Source of the DNA: Nitrospinales bacterium
Lineage (GTDB): Bacteria; Nitrospinota; Nitrospinia; Nitrospinales; JAJDAT01
Length of the DNA stretch: 30,282 nt
NCBI GenBank assembly: GCA_046757665.1
Contig: JBHHYO010000030.1
Coordinates: 1 to 30,282, forward strand
Direction: 5' to 3'
Position 1 is the stretch's first letter. The number at the start of each line of letters is the position of its first letter. Under the pieces are notes generated by a model, which was not told where the DNA came from, searched no databases, and worked only from the letters and a program-made list of their open reading frames with translations. This document shows positions 1 through 7,749 of this stretch, piece by piece. A program made the position numbers and the translations under genes.

Positions 1-2
1 TT

Positions 3-605
3 ACCGGCTCCACCGACAAACTGGTTCGGCTGTGGGATGCGGAATCCGGCAGGATGCTGGCTGAAATGAAAGGCCATAAAAAACGGATCCATACCGTGCT
101 GTTCGACCACGAGGGTTCAAGGGTGGTGGCGGTGGCCGACAGCCAGGTTGCCGCGGTTTGGAAAGTGCCCGCGGAAAGCCCCAAGACGGAGGTGTTGTGG
201 TTCTACGACACGACCCACGTCCTGGAACACGACGAATCAAAAAACCGGGAAGACAAACTCCGCCTCCCCAACATATTGCCCACCAATATTCCGGCAAGAT
301 TTCTCAGAAAAGGATTGTTCAACCACCGGAAACATCAATACCTGAACTGCGGCACATGCCACGAACAGGCAGAGAAGAGCCTGTTTACGTCGGATGTTCT
401 GATCAGTCCGATCAAGGCCTGCCGCGTGTGCCATGAAAAGGAAGGCATCCAGCTTACCCAATGCGTTCATTGCCACATGTACCATCCGGAGGAAGAACGC
501 AGGATGGTGCCGGACCGTGTGGCGCTGGATAACAGCGCACCGCTGGGTTACAGTTTTTCCGGAACACCTATCGAGGAAAAATCCTTTCTTACTCGACGAC
601 CGTAA
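3..605 (+). CDS. WD40-repeat / multiheme cytochrome c (c3/c7-like) fusion protein, 5'-truncated by window edge
   Basis: The frame is open from base 3 and reads TGSTDKLVRLWDAESGRMLAEMKGHKKRIHTVLFDHEGSRVVAVADSQVAAVWKV, a WD40 signature (GH...WD/WK). It is followed by FNHRKH and three CxxCH motifs (CGTCH, CRVCH, CVHCH). Confidence 0.85.
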   Translation, partial: TGSTDKLVRLWDAESGRMLAEMKGHKKRIHTVLFDHEGSRVVAVADSQVAAVWKVPAESPKTEVLWFYDTTHVLEHDESKNREDKLRLPNILPTNIPARFLRKGLFNHRKHQYLNCGTCHEQAEKSLFTSDVLISPIKACRVCHEKEGIQLTQCVHCHMYHPEEERRMVPDRVALDNSAPLGYSFSGTPIEEKSFLTRRP

Positions 606-1050
606 TGATGATGGTGTCGGCAAGTATCGGATTGAAGGGTATGTGGTTGCCCTTGGAAAACAGCCCTCGGATAATGTGTGGGCCGGGGTCTAATCGGATG
701 ACCCCGCAGGGGGCGCCATCCGACAAATGAATGTGGTTGTCGTCGCTCGTTATTTTCGGCATCAAATCCCCTTCCCGGGGCTCCACGATAGAAGGCAGAG
801 GCATGTCGATGATGATATGGTGATGTCCTTTCCCCGGGTTCACGCCATTCGTCGCCGGTTCCAGTTCGACACCCAAAACTTCCATACAAACTTTCACCGG
901 ACTCTTGACCGTTGCGCCGGTTTGGGGTTCCTTAATAAATAAAGCCATAAGCTCCGATTGATCTTCAGGCTCTTCCGCATACGCCGCGACAACACCCCAC
1001 ACGAAAAGAAGTATCAATAAAACACCCGACTTTACGGAAATCGCTTTCAA
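589..1050 (-). CDS. Exported DUF4399-family His-rich protein
   Basis: Signal peptide ending AYA-EE; motifs FIKEPQTGATV, GHHHIIID, HIHLSDG, LDPGPH. TTG start with GGAGG upstream. Confidence 0.8.
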   Translation of the reverse strand: MKAISVKSGVLLILLFVWGVVAAYAEEPEDQSELMALFIKEPQTGATVKSPVKVCMEVLGVELEPATNGVNPGKGHHHIIIDMPLPSIVEPREGDLMPKITSDDNHIHLSDGAPCGVIRLDPGPHIIRGLFSKGNHIPFNPILADTIIITVVE

Positions 1051-1080
1051 AACGCGGGACCTCCATTAAAGAACAAATTG

Positions 1081-1539
1081 TTAAAAAGGGTTTTTCTGCC
1101 CGCCAAAATTATTTTTACCATCATTGGTGGAGCAAGAGAACAAGACCTTGTGGTTATGAACAATCTCAACCCGTAAATGATAATTATCGCCCAGGTAATG
1201 ACTCAGCCAGAAAGTCGGATCATAATTTTCCTCATCATTTTCATTGTAACGAAGATCAAAATTGTCCAAATCCAATTTAGACTCTTTATCCAAATCCAGA
1301 TTTCTCATTTCAATCAGCCCGGACCGCATCGTCACTTTTCTCTCTTTAATTTTTGAGAGAATACTCACTAAGTTTTTTGCATGTTGTTTTGCTTTATCAT
1401 ACCGGGGAAATTGATATACCGCCAAACTCGTCAATATCGTTTCCTTGTAAGGCCTTTCCTCTTCCGCAACACAAAACTCTTGTGGTATTTCTTCAAATAT
1501 ATACAGCAGATAATTTGCATTAGATGCTTTTTCCTTCAT
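1081..1539 (-). CDS. Hypothetical AT-rich protein (152 aa)
   Basis: Only long ORF covering a visibly AT-rich stretch; protein-like composition; no motif recognised. Confidence 0.6.
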   Translation of the reverse strand: MKEKASNANYLLYIFEEIPQEFCVAEEERPYKETILTSLAVYQFPRYDKAKQHAKNLVSILSKIKERKVTMRSGLIEMRNLDLDKESKLDLDNFDLRYNENDEENYDPTFWLSHYLGDNYHLRVEIVHNHKVLFSCSTNDGKNNFGGQKNPF

Positions 1540-1657
1540 GATCTACATGATAACAAATATAGCAACAATTGGTCTTTCTTTCTTAAATTTAATCCTACAA
1601 ACCTCTCCCACAGGGGCTTTGCCGCAGGCTCAGCGGGCGGCTTCTCCAAGTCATTTT

Positions 1658-1700
1658 TTGCTTGAAGCGGATGAAAATTCATATTATTCTCTTGAGAATA
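1658..1700 (+). promoter_or_regulatory. Putative sigma70 promoter (TTGCTT-N18-TATTAT) overlapped by palindromic operator TATTCTC-TT-GAGAATA
   Basis: -35 at 1658-1663, -10 at 1682-1687. A perfect 7-bp inverted repeat at 1685-1700 lies just upstream of the repressor RBS (AGGAG at 1711). Confidence 0.55.
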
Positions 1701-1721
1701 TGGCGTCAGAAGGAGAAATCA

Positions 1722-2399
1722 ATGAAGCACGCAAAGAGAAACGACCCGGATAACTCGGAGTTTGGCGAGCGCGTGAGGCGTATCAGAGGAAGCCTCAGCC
1801 AGCAGGTGTTCGGCGAGAAAATCGGCACCACCCAGGGCAATGTCTCGAAGATAGAAAGAGGAATGATCCCGGAAGGTAACATGCTGTTAAGAATCGCAAA
1901 GCATGGCCGGACCTCCGTGGAATATTTGTTGACGGGCAAGAGCGGCAGGCGGGCAAGCGTCGTTGGCTACAGCGAAAAGAACCTGCCGCCCGGCATCTCG
2001 CTAATCAAAAAACTCAAGGGCGCGGCCAGCGCCGGGTACGGTTTGAAAACCGACGATACGGTGGACGTTCAACTGGCTTTCCGGGATGACTGGCTGGAGC
2101 AGTTCGGCGGCCCGGAAAAACTTCTCGCCATGTATATTGAGGGGGACAGCATGGAGCCGACCTTGCAAGACCAGGATGTGGTGGTGATCAATAAAAACAT
2201 CCGCGAAATCAGCCCCGGCGGCGGCATCTATTCCCTCACCTGGCAAGGCAAGCGAATGATCAAACGCCTTCAGCTCAACCCGAAAACCAAGATGGTGAAA
2301 ATCAAAAGCGACAACCCGAATTACGACGACCTGGAATCCAGCCTGCACGACATCAGCATCGACGGCAAATTGATCTGGTATGGACGAGAGATGAAGTGA
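1722..2399 (+). CDS. XRE-family HTH + S24 autopeptidase repressor (phage CI/LexA-like)
   Basis: HTH region LSQQVFGEKIGTTQGNVSKIERG...VEYLLTG; Ala-Gly cleavage site (ASAG); catalytic Ser (GDSMEP) and Lys (IKRL). Start moved to ATG 1722 after the AGGAG RBS. Confidence 0.92.
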   Translation: MKHAKRNDPDNSEFGERVRRIRGSLSQQVFGEKIGTTQGNVSKIERGMIPEGNMLLRIAKHGRTSVEYLLTGKSGRRASVVGYSEKNLPPGISLIKKLKGAASAGYGLKTDDTVDVQLAFRDDWLEQFGGPEKLLAMYIEGDSMEPTLQDQDVVVINKNIREISPGGGIYSLTWQGKRMIKRLQLNPKTKMVKIKSDNPNYDDLESSLHDISIDGKLIWYGREMK

Positions 2400-2503
2400 G
2401 CCGAAATGAAAACATGTCCCCGCCATTTCCTGATCTGAGATTTTCTTTTCTTCACAGTGTTTCAAAAGTTTTTTCACGCCGCGCCGAATAAGGTCGCCTT
2501 TCG

Positions 2504-3208
2504 ATGACGCAAGACCTCATAACTTACTGGCGAAGATTTTTTTCGGATTTGCTGACGGGAACTTTCAAGCGGGCATTTCTTTTCGGCTCGCAGGGCCTGC
2601 TCGCCGGTCTGCTCGCGGCGTTTGCCTGGAAATGGGTTTATGCCGACGCTTTTTCGACGCAATGGGACGGCTGGCTGGAAGGGACGCTTCTCTTCGTCAT
2701 TTTTGGCTGGTACGGAATGTTCGGAACCGTTCACGGTTTGGCGGCATCTTTTGTTTCCACGGTCAATCGTAAATTTTCCGAAGCGGTCGGCGGACTGCAT
2801 GACTTGTTCGATTTCTTGAGCCGAAGCGTTTTACGAAATATTCCGAAAATGAACCGCACGGTCTCCAAGGAGGAGATGGCGCAAAAGTTCGACGATTTCG
2901 GCAAAACATTTTTGCGCGACCTGCGCCTGCGCAAGGGCATCGTCAGTTGGTTTGCCGGCATGGGGTTTGCCGTTGTTCTCAAGGCGTTTAAAATTTTGTT
3001 CTTGAACGACGTCGCCGAGGAGGTGTCCGGAAAACCCGGCCGGGAAATCACCCCCGCCGACATCGAAAGCGCCGTGCGGCGCGTCGGCATGGAAGCGGTT
3101 CTCGCTCCGGTCACGGATTTCCTGTTGCTGATGCACGCGATTAATTTTGCTTTGATGGTAACCAGTTTTGGAATACCCTTTTTGCTTGTCTGGGCCTTTG
3201 CTCCGTGA
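2504..3208 (+). CDS. Hypothetical membrane protein
   Basis: 234-aa ORF with two N-terminal and one or two later hydrophobic helices; no family recognised. Confidence 0.75.
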   Translation: MTQDLITYWRRFFSDLLTGTFKRAFLFGSQGLLAGLLAAFAWKWVYADAFSTQWDGWLEGTLLFVIFGWYGMFGTVHGLAASFVSTVNRKFSEAVGGLHDLFDFLSRSVLRNIPKMNRTVSKEEMAQKFDDFGKTFLRDLRLRKGIVSWFAGMGFAVVLKAFKILFLNDVAEEVSGKPGREITPADIESAVRRVGMEAVLAPVTDFLLLMHAINFALMVTSFGIPFLLVWAFAP

Positions 3209-3252
3209 ATTTTTGAATCCGCACGGATCGCCGCCGCATCGAATGACTTATA

Positions 3253-3555
3253 ATGAATCATTTAAAAACACGCCGCCGTTTTCGCCGAACGCTTATAGCC
3301 GCCTGTTTGCTGGTGGGTTTCGGAGCGATATCGGCGTTTTCTCCGTTCCTGCACAGCCACGAATTTAATCTGGCGCATGTCGAAAAAAACTGCGCGCCCT
3401 GCCACTGGGCTCAGTCCCACGCGAATTTGGAGACCCTCATTCCGAATGCGGCGGTGGCGCGGTTTTTTCAGCCCCTCCTCTTGATCCGGGAAAAAGTCTT
3501 TTTCGAGAAAATCGCGTTTTCTTTTTCCGGCCGCGGCCCTCCCGCCATTTTTTAA
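3253..3555 (+). CDS. DUF2946-family (CruR/CutF-like) leader protein
   Basis: Basic N-terminus and hydrophobic helix, HSH, CAPC(H) CxxC motif, and C-terminal RGPP three residues before the stop. Confidence 0.8.
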   Translation: MNHLKTRRRFRRTLIAACLLVGFGAISAFSPFLHSHEFNLAHVEKNCAPCHWAQSHANLETLIPNAAVARFFQPLLLIREKVFFEKIAFSFSGRGPPAIF

Positions 3556-3681
3556 TTCCGATTCCCTTATCTATTCAAGTTTCTAAACCCCGCTAGCGGA
3601 TACGCGCACTCTTTTTGTGCGCCGATGAGACTCCGTGTTTCCTCTGCTCATGCACCGGACACTGTAACGGAACAAACAACC

Positions 3682-4545
3682 ATGATTGCAAACAGGCCTT
3701 TTAAAATAATTTTTGCGCTTGCTGTTTTTCTCCTGATTTCCGAAGGCCCCACCGCATCGGGACATGAGGAAGGCGCGCCTTTTTCAGGGGCGATCGGCGA
3801 GCCCGTCCTGGTTCATCACGCGCACATCGAGGACGAACAGTTTTTAAATTTCACTTTTTTCGACAACTCCCACACCGGAAAGGAAAAGCGCGCGGCGTTT
3901 GCCAACCAGATGGAGATGGCGATTGACTGGACCGGACAATTTCGCCTGGGGTCGGAAATATTCATTCCCTTTTCAAATACCGGCATGTCCCAAGGCCAGT
4001 ATGAGCTGGGCGATATCGAGCTTCAGGCGATTAAATACGCTTTTATAAATGAGCCGGAAAGAATTTTAACGGGGATCTTCAGCGTGGGACTGCCGACGGG
4101 AAACGCCTCTCGCGGCCTGGGAACCGACGAAACCCAGCTGGGCGGGCTTTTGTTTTTCGACCAGGCCTACCGCAACTGGTATCTGGGAATCAATGCCGAG
4201 TTCACTTCCAGCGTGTCCGGCCCAACGTCCAGTAACGTGGAGGCGGGGCTGGCGCTCTCCTATTCGTTTATCCGCGAAACCGGTGAGGGCATGGCGCCTA
4301 CTCTGCCGCATCAGTTTCTGGTGCCGATTGTATCTCTGGAAATGATCGCGGAATCCGTGTTGGCCGGCAATGAATCAGGAACCGATGTGGTGACATTACT
4401 GCCGAGCTTTCAACTGTGGCAACCTTCCTCCGACTGGATATTTCTGCTCGGCGTACAGTTTCCGGTGAGCACCGACAGGGAAAACGACCTGGCGATACAC
4501 TTTCAAGTCGGCAAGCACTTCGACTGGGGCCGCTTTTTCAGGTGA
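3682..4545 (+). CDS. Putative outer-membrane beta-barrel transporter-like protein with His-rich N-terminus
   Basis: Signal peptide from ATG 3682; mature region starts near HEEG...HHAH; barrel-family motifs LGDIELQAIKY, LPTG...GLG, LGVQFPV; alternating strand pattern and aromatic C-terminus. Confidence 0.7.
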   Translation: MIANRPFKIIFALAVFLLISEGPTASGHEEGAPFSGAIGEPVLVHHAHIEDEQFLNFTFFDNSHTGKEKRAAFANQMEMAIDWTGQFRLGSEIFIPFSNTGMSQGQYELGDIELQAIKYAFINEPERILTGIFSVGLPTGNASRGLGTDETQLGGLLFFDQAYRNWYLGINAEFTSSVSGPTSSNVEAGLALSYSFIRETGEGMAPTLPHQFLVPIVSLEMIAESVLAGNESGTDVVTLLPSFQLWQPSSDWIFLLGVQFPVSTDRENDLAIHFQVGKHFDWGRFFR

Positions 4546-4656
4546 CCGGACCGCGGCGACCATCGAAAAATATTTTGACCGGTTGTTGTTTTGGCAGTTC
4601 GGACTTATCATGGAGCCATCCTGAAAAACAAAAACCAATCATCCTCGAGGGAAAAA

Positions 4657-4806
4657 ATGGGCATGAAGAAAACGATCGGGCTTGCGGTTTTAATTCTGTT
4701 TGTATGTGGATGGCTCCTCGGCGCAGTGGGATGTTCCACGGAGAATTACAGCAAGCGGGACAGGAACTACGATTCCAGCAAAAACAGGGAAGGTTCGGGC
4801 TATTAA
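4657..4806 (+). CDS. Small lipoprotein (about 49 aa)
   Basis: GAGGG RBS; MGMKK, hydrophobic core, lipobox AVGC; short polar tail. Start may be 4663. Confidence 0.65.
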   Translation: MGMKKTIGLAVLILFVCGWLLGAVGCSTENYSKRDRNYDSSKNREGSGY

Positions 4807-4818
4807 GGACAAGGACCG

Positions 4819-6597
4819 TCAGGCCGGGCTCAGCATGGCGAGGTTTTCCTCGATGTTTGCCTTTTCGTGATGGCCGAGGTAGAGCAATCCGTCGGACAGC
4901 GAATAATTTTGCGGAAACATCGCCACTTCGCGGCTCAGCATTTCCGACACCTCCCGATAAACCTCGGCGGCCTGGTCTGCCGTGAGGCCGGCGCTGATGT
5001 CATAGGAATATCCCAGGCTCAAATCGTGATGCGGCGGGTTGTAGAGCCGGGTGATGTGCCATTCCGCCGGATTTTTTTCCAGCGGCGTGCCTTTCTCCAG
5101 GTCGAACTGCGAAGGGATGCAGGAGAACCCCGGCGACTCCAGCAACCGCTGATTGTTGAGGACGAAATTCACCGAATCCATGACCTCCTCCCGCGTTTCC
5201 GTGGGAAAACCGACGATCAGGTAAAAGTGCATGGCAATGCCGATACGCAGGCATTCTTCCACCGTTTTGTCGACCACGGCCAGTTCCACGCCCTTCTTCA
5301 TGCAATCGAGAACCCGTTGGTTGTAGGACTCCAGCCCAAAGATCAGTTTTCTCAGTCCCGACCGGTACAGCAGTTCCATGCGGTTTTCCCGTAGCAGGCT
5401 TTTTTCAAACTTCAACTCGCCGGTCCATTGCACCTTCACCCCGGCGTCGATTAACTTGGCGGCGAAGGATTTCAGAAAGTTGATCGGCAGAGCCTCGTCG
5501 GTGAAGAAGAAGTAATTGCAACCGTACTTTTCCTGGAGATTTTTAAAATCGTTGACCACGTTTTCGGCGTAGCGCACGTGGAAATCCATGTGGTCGAACG
5601 GAATGGAGCAAAACGCGCACCGCTCCCAGTAACAGCCGCGGGACCCCATCACCGGCAGAACGCGCTCCGGCGTGAAATATAAATCGAAGGGCATCCCGTC
5701 GAAATCCGGTGTCGGCAGTTCGTTCAGGGCCTCCTTGACGAAGGGCCGGTTGACCTTCACTTGCCCCCTGTCCCGCCAGATCAGGTTGGGGACCTGGGCC
5801 AAATCGCCGCCGCCCCGCAATTCCTGCACCAGCCGCAACAGGGGCGTCTCGCCCTCATGCACGATAAAGCTGTCGACGAACTCGAACAAGGGCGACCCTT
5901 TCTCCAACTGGTCCACCAGCTTCGTGAAAACACTGCCGCCGACGGTGATATGGATGTCCCGGCGATGCGTCTTGACCAGATGCGCCAGCGTCAAGCCGGA
6001 CAAAACCTGTTCGACGGAGGTCACCGAAATCCCGAGAATGTCGATATCCTGCGACAAAATTCCCGGCAGGTAGATTTCCTTGTAAATGTCGTAGAAAAAA
6101 TTTTCGCCGGGGTTTTGAAACGATTCGAGAATCTCCTTTGTCGAGTACGGCGAAAAACGCATACGACTGCCGATGACCGTCAATTGCGACGGGTGGTAAG
6201 GCGCCAGAATATTGTCGAGCCACACATCAATAATCTTCAGGCTCTCCATGTAGCGTTCGACATCATAAAAATCGTCGTTGCGCAGGGACTGTTTGGCCGC
6301 GTCGATTTCATGCGCCAATTGCGGAATGATCTCATCCGCTTCGAGCAGTTTGGCGTATTTTTCGCGTTCGAATTGCGAATGCCGAGGCTTGGAGCCCAGG
6401 GTGTTCAGTTCGGAAAGAATGCGGTCGTAAAGCGGGCGGGCTTTTTCCCACGTGCACAAATGATCCAGAAGCTCGATCGCCAGGTCGCGTTGCACCACAT
6501 CGTCGATCCCATGCTGATGCAGGAAGCCCTTGAGGGCGGGCAGGCTGAGATACGGTTGCGACGGATGCCACGAAGATGGAAAGATCAAATAAACCAT
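4819..6597 (-). CDS. Cobalamin-binding-domain radical SAM protein
   Basis: CxxxCxxC in SRGCYWERCAFC; B12-binding-like segment (ILGISVT...ITVGGS...EGETP); FGLES and IVGFPTET motifs. Confidence 0.92.
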   Translation of the reverse strand: MVYLIFPSSWHPSQPYLSLPALKGFLHQHGIDDVVQRDLAIELLDHLCTWEKARPLYDRILSELNTLGSKPRHSQFEREKYAKLLEADEIIPQLAHEIDAAKQSLRNDDFYDVERYMESLKIIDVWLDNILAPYHPSQLTVIGSRMRFSPYSTKEILESFQNPGENFFYDIYKEIYLPGILSQDIDILGISVTSVEQVLSGLTLAHLVKTHRRDIHITVGGSVFTKLVDQLEKGSPLFEFVDSFIVHEGETPLLRLVQELRGGGDLAQVPNLIWRDRGQVKVNRPFVKEALNELPTPDFDGMPFDLYFTPERVLPVMGSRGCYWERCAFCSIPFDHMDFHVRYAENVVNDFKNLQEKYGCNYFFFTDEALPINFLKSFAAKLIDAGVKVQWTGELKFEKSLLRENRMELLYRSGLRKLIFGLESYNQRVLDCMKKGVELAVVDKTVEECLRIGIAMHFYLIVGFPTETREEVMDSVNFVLNNQRLLESPGFSCIPSQFDLEKGTPLEKNPAEWHITRLYNPPHHDLSLGYSYDISAGLTADQAAEVYREVSEMLSREVAMFPQNYSLSDGLLYLGHHEKANIEENLAMLSPA

Positions 6598-6615
6598 CGT
6601 AAAATTCCCTTCACC

Positions 6616-6933
6616 TCAGGGCCTGGGAGCCATGAAAACCAGCATCACCAAGTTCGCGTCGCTGTCGTTCACCACGCCATGGTCCTGGCCGGCGGGCGCC
6701 ATCGTGATTTCCCCGGCAACCAGTTCCCGCCGCTCGGAGCCGACAGTGACCGTTCCCCGGCCCTGCAAGACATAATAAACCTTGTCCGAACCCTCATGGC
6801 GATGAACCTTCTGGGACTGGCCGGGTTGCAAACAGTATAAATCGCAAAAAAATTTATCCGTATCGAAAAGAGCGACCTTGTTCAATTTTTCCGGTTTAAA
6901 CGCAACCGCGTCACCGACAGGAATAACTTTCAT
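6616..6933 (-). CDS. Cupin domain protein
   Basis: LQPGQSQKVHRH...YYVLQGRG...APAGQDHGV cupin motifs. Confidence 0.9.
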   Translation of the reverse strand: MKVIPVGDAVAFKPEKLNKVALFDTDKFFCDLYCLQPGQSQKVHRHEGSDKVYYVLQGRGTVTVGSERRELVAGEITMAPAGQDHGVVNDSDANLVMLVFMAPRP

Positions 6934-7111
6934 TGTTCATCCCACAATTAAGAGATTTATTTTACACAATACGGCTTGTCCGCGGACATCCTTTAGCATC
7001 CGCCGCCTTGCGGAGCGAAGACCGGCGCGCACCGGCGCAAACCGGGGATCGGGAGGTGCGGAAGTTTTATCATAACAAAAAGGGTTGCCGACTGCCAGAG
7101 GGTCTCAACTA

Positions 7112-7140
7112 TTGACTTCTCCGCCGGCATCCACTATTTT
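7112..7140 (+). promoter_or_regulatory. Putative sigma70 promoter for tRNA-Pro
   Basis: TTGACT-N17-TATTTT about 115 nt upstream of the tRNA. Confidence 0.55.
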
Positions 7141-7255
7141 GGAATTGAAGAGAATCCCCGTTCACTCCGGGCACGCAAAAGACACACACGACGAAACAAA
7201 CGGAGAGTGGGCGGCGGATGACTCAAACTTTTTCAAAAAACAATACCTGAAAAAT

Positions 7256-7333
7256 CGGAGCGTGGCGCAGCCTGGTTAGCGTACTTGACTGGGGGTCAAG
7301 TGGTCGGTGGTTCAAATCCACTCGCTCCGACCA
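7256..7333 (+). tRNA. tRNA-Pro (GGG)
   Basis: Acceptor stem CGGAGCG/CGCTCCG plus ACCA; anticodon arm CTTGA-CTGGGGG-TCAAG; T-arm GGTGG-TTCAAAT-CCACT. Confidence 0.97.
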
Positions 7334-7336
7334 TAT

Positions 7337-7372
7337 AAAAATGGGTTACGAAATCTCGTAGCCCATTTTTTT
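7337..7372. terminator. Intrinsic, probably bidirectional, terminator
   Basis: AAAAATGGGTTACGA-AATC-TCGTAGCCCATTTTTTT hairpin with A and T tracts, between the tRNA and the convergent MNT gene. Confidence 0.8.
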
Positions 7373-7425
7373 GTCCTTGTGTCAATGTTGCGCCGATAAC
7401 CTTGACCTGCCCAAGACGTCGCTTT

Positions 7426-7749
7426 TTAGCTGTCGGCTATCTCACCCGCGCCCAGGGGCACTTTGTCCCGTTCAACGATCTTGCGGAAACCGGGCTCGAT
7501 GGCGTTGATGTCCAGCACGTCCACTTTCCACGGCAGGTCGGAATCTTCGAAGTCCGTCTGCAAGGCGGTCAGGGTCTCGAACGACAGTTTTTCGCCATCG
7601 GCGCTTTCCAGCGCCAGGTCGAGGTCGGAATATTTCTTATCCGTCCGCCCGGCGCGGGAGCCAAATACCCATACCTTCACCTCACCCGGCAGGCGGCGGG
7701 CGAGAATTTCCCGCACGACTTTGAGCTGATCCGGTTGAATATCGATCAT
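7426..7749 (-). CDS. Minimal nucleotidyltransferase (MNT, HI0073-like antitoxin)
   Basis: FGSRA...SDLDLA (GS-x10-DxD) and LPWKVDVLD. Real start MIDIQ at 7749 overlaps the upstream stop (ATGA). Confidence 0.92.
   Translation of the reverse strand: MIDIQPDQLKVVREILARRLPGEVKVWVFGSRAGRTDKKYSDLDLALESADGEKLSFETLTALQTDFEDSDLPWKVDVLDINAIEPGFRKIVERDKVPLGAGEIADS

Noticed and set aside
1536-1682. 48-aa minus-strand ORF (MNFHPLQ...LSCRS) ATGA-coupled to the orphan gene, in a Cro-like position
   Set aside because: No HTH pattern, it overlaps the predicted repressor promoter, and only 39 bp separate it from the divergent start. Cannot be supported without homologs.
3101-3109. CTCGCTCCG match to the tRNA-Pro 3' end as a possible att site
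   Set aside because: Only 9 nt, inside a CDS, and no integrase nearby; expected by chance.
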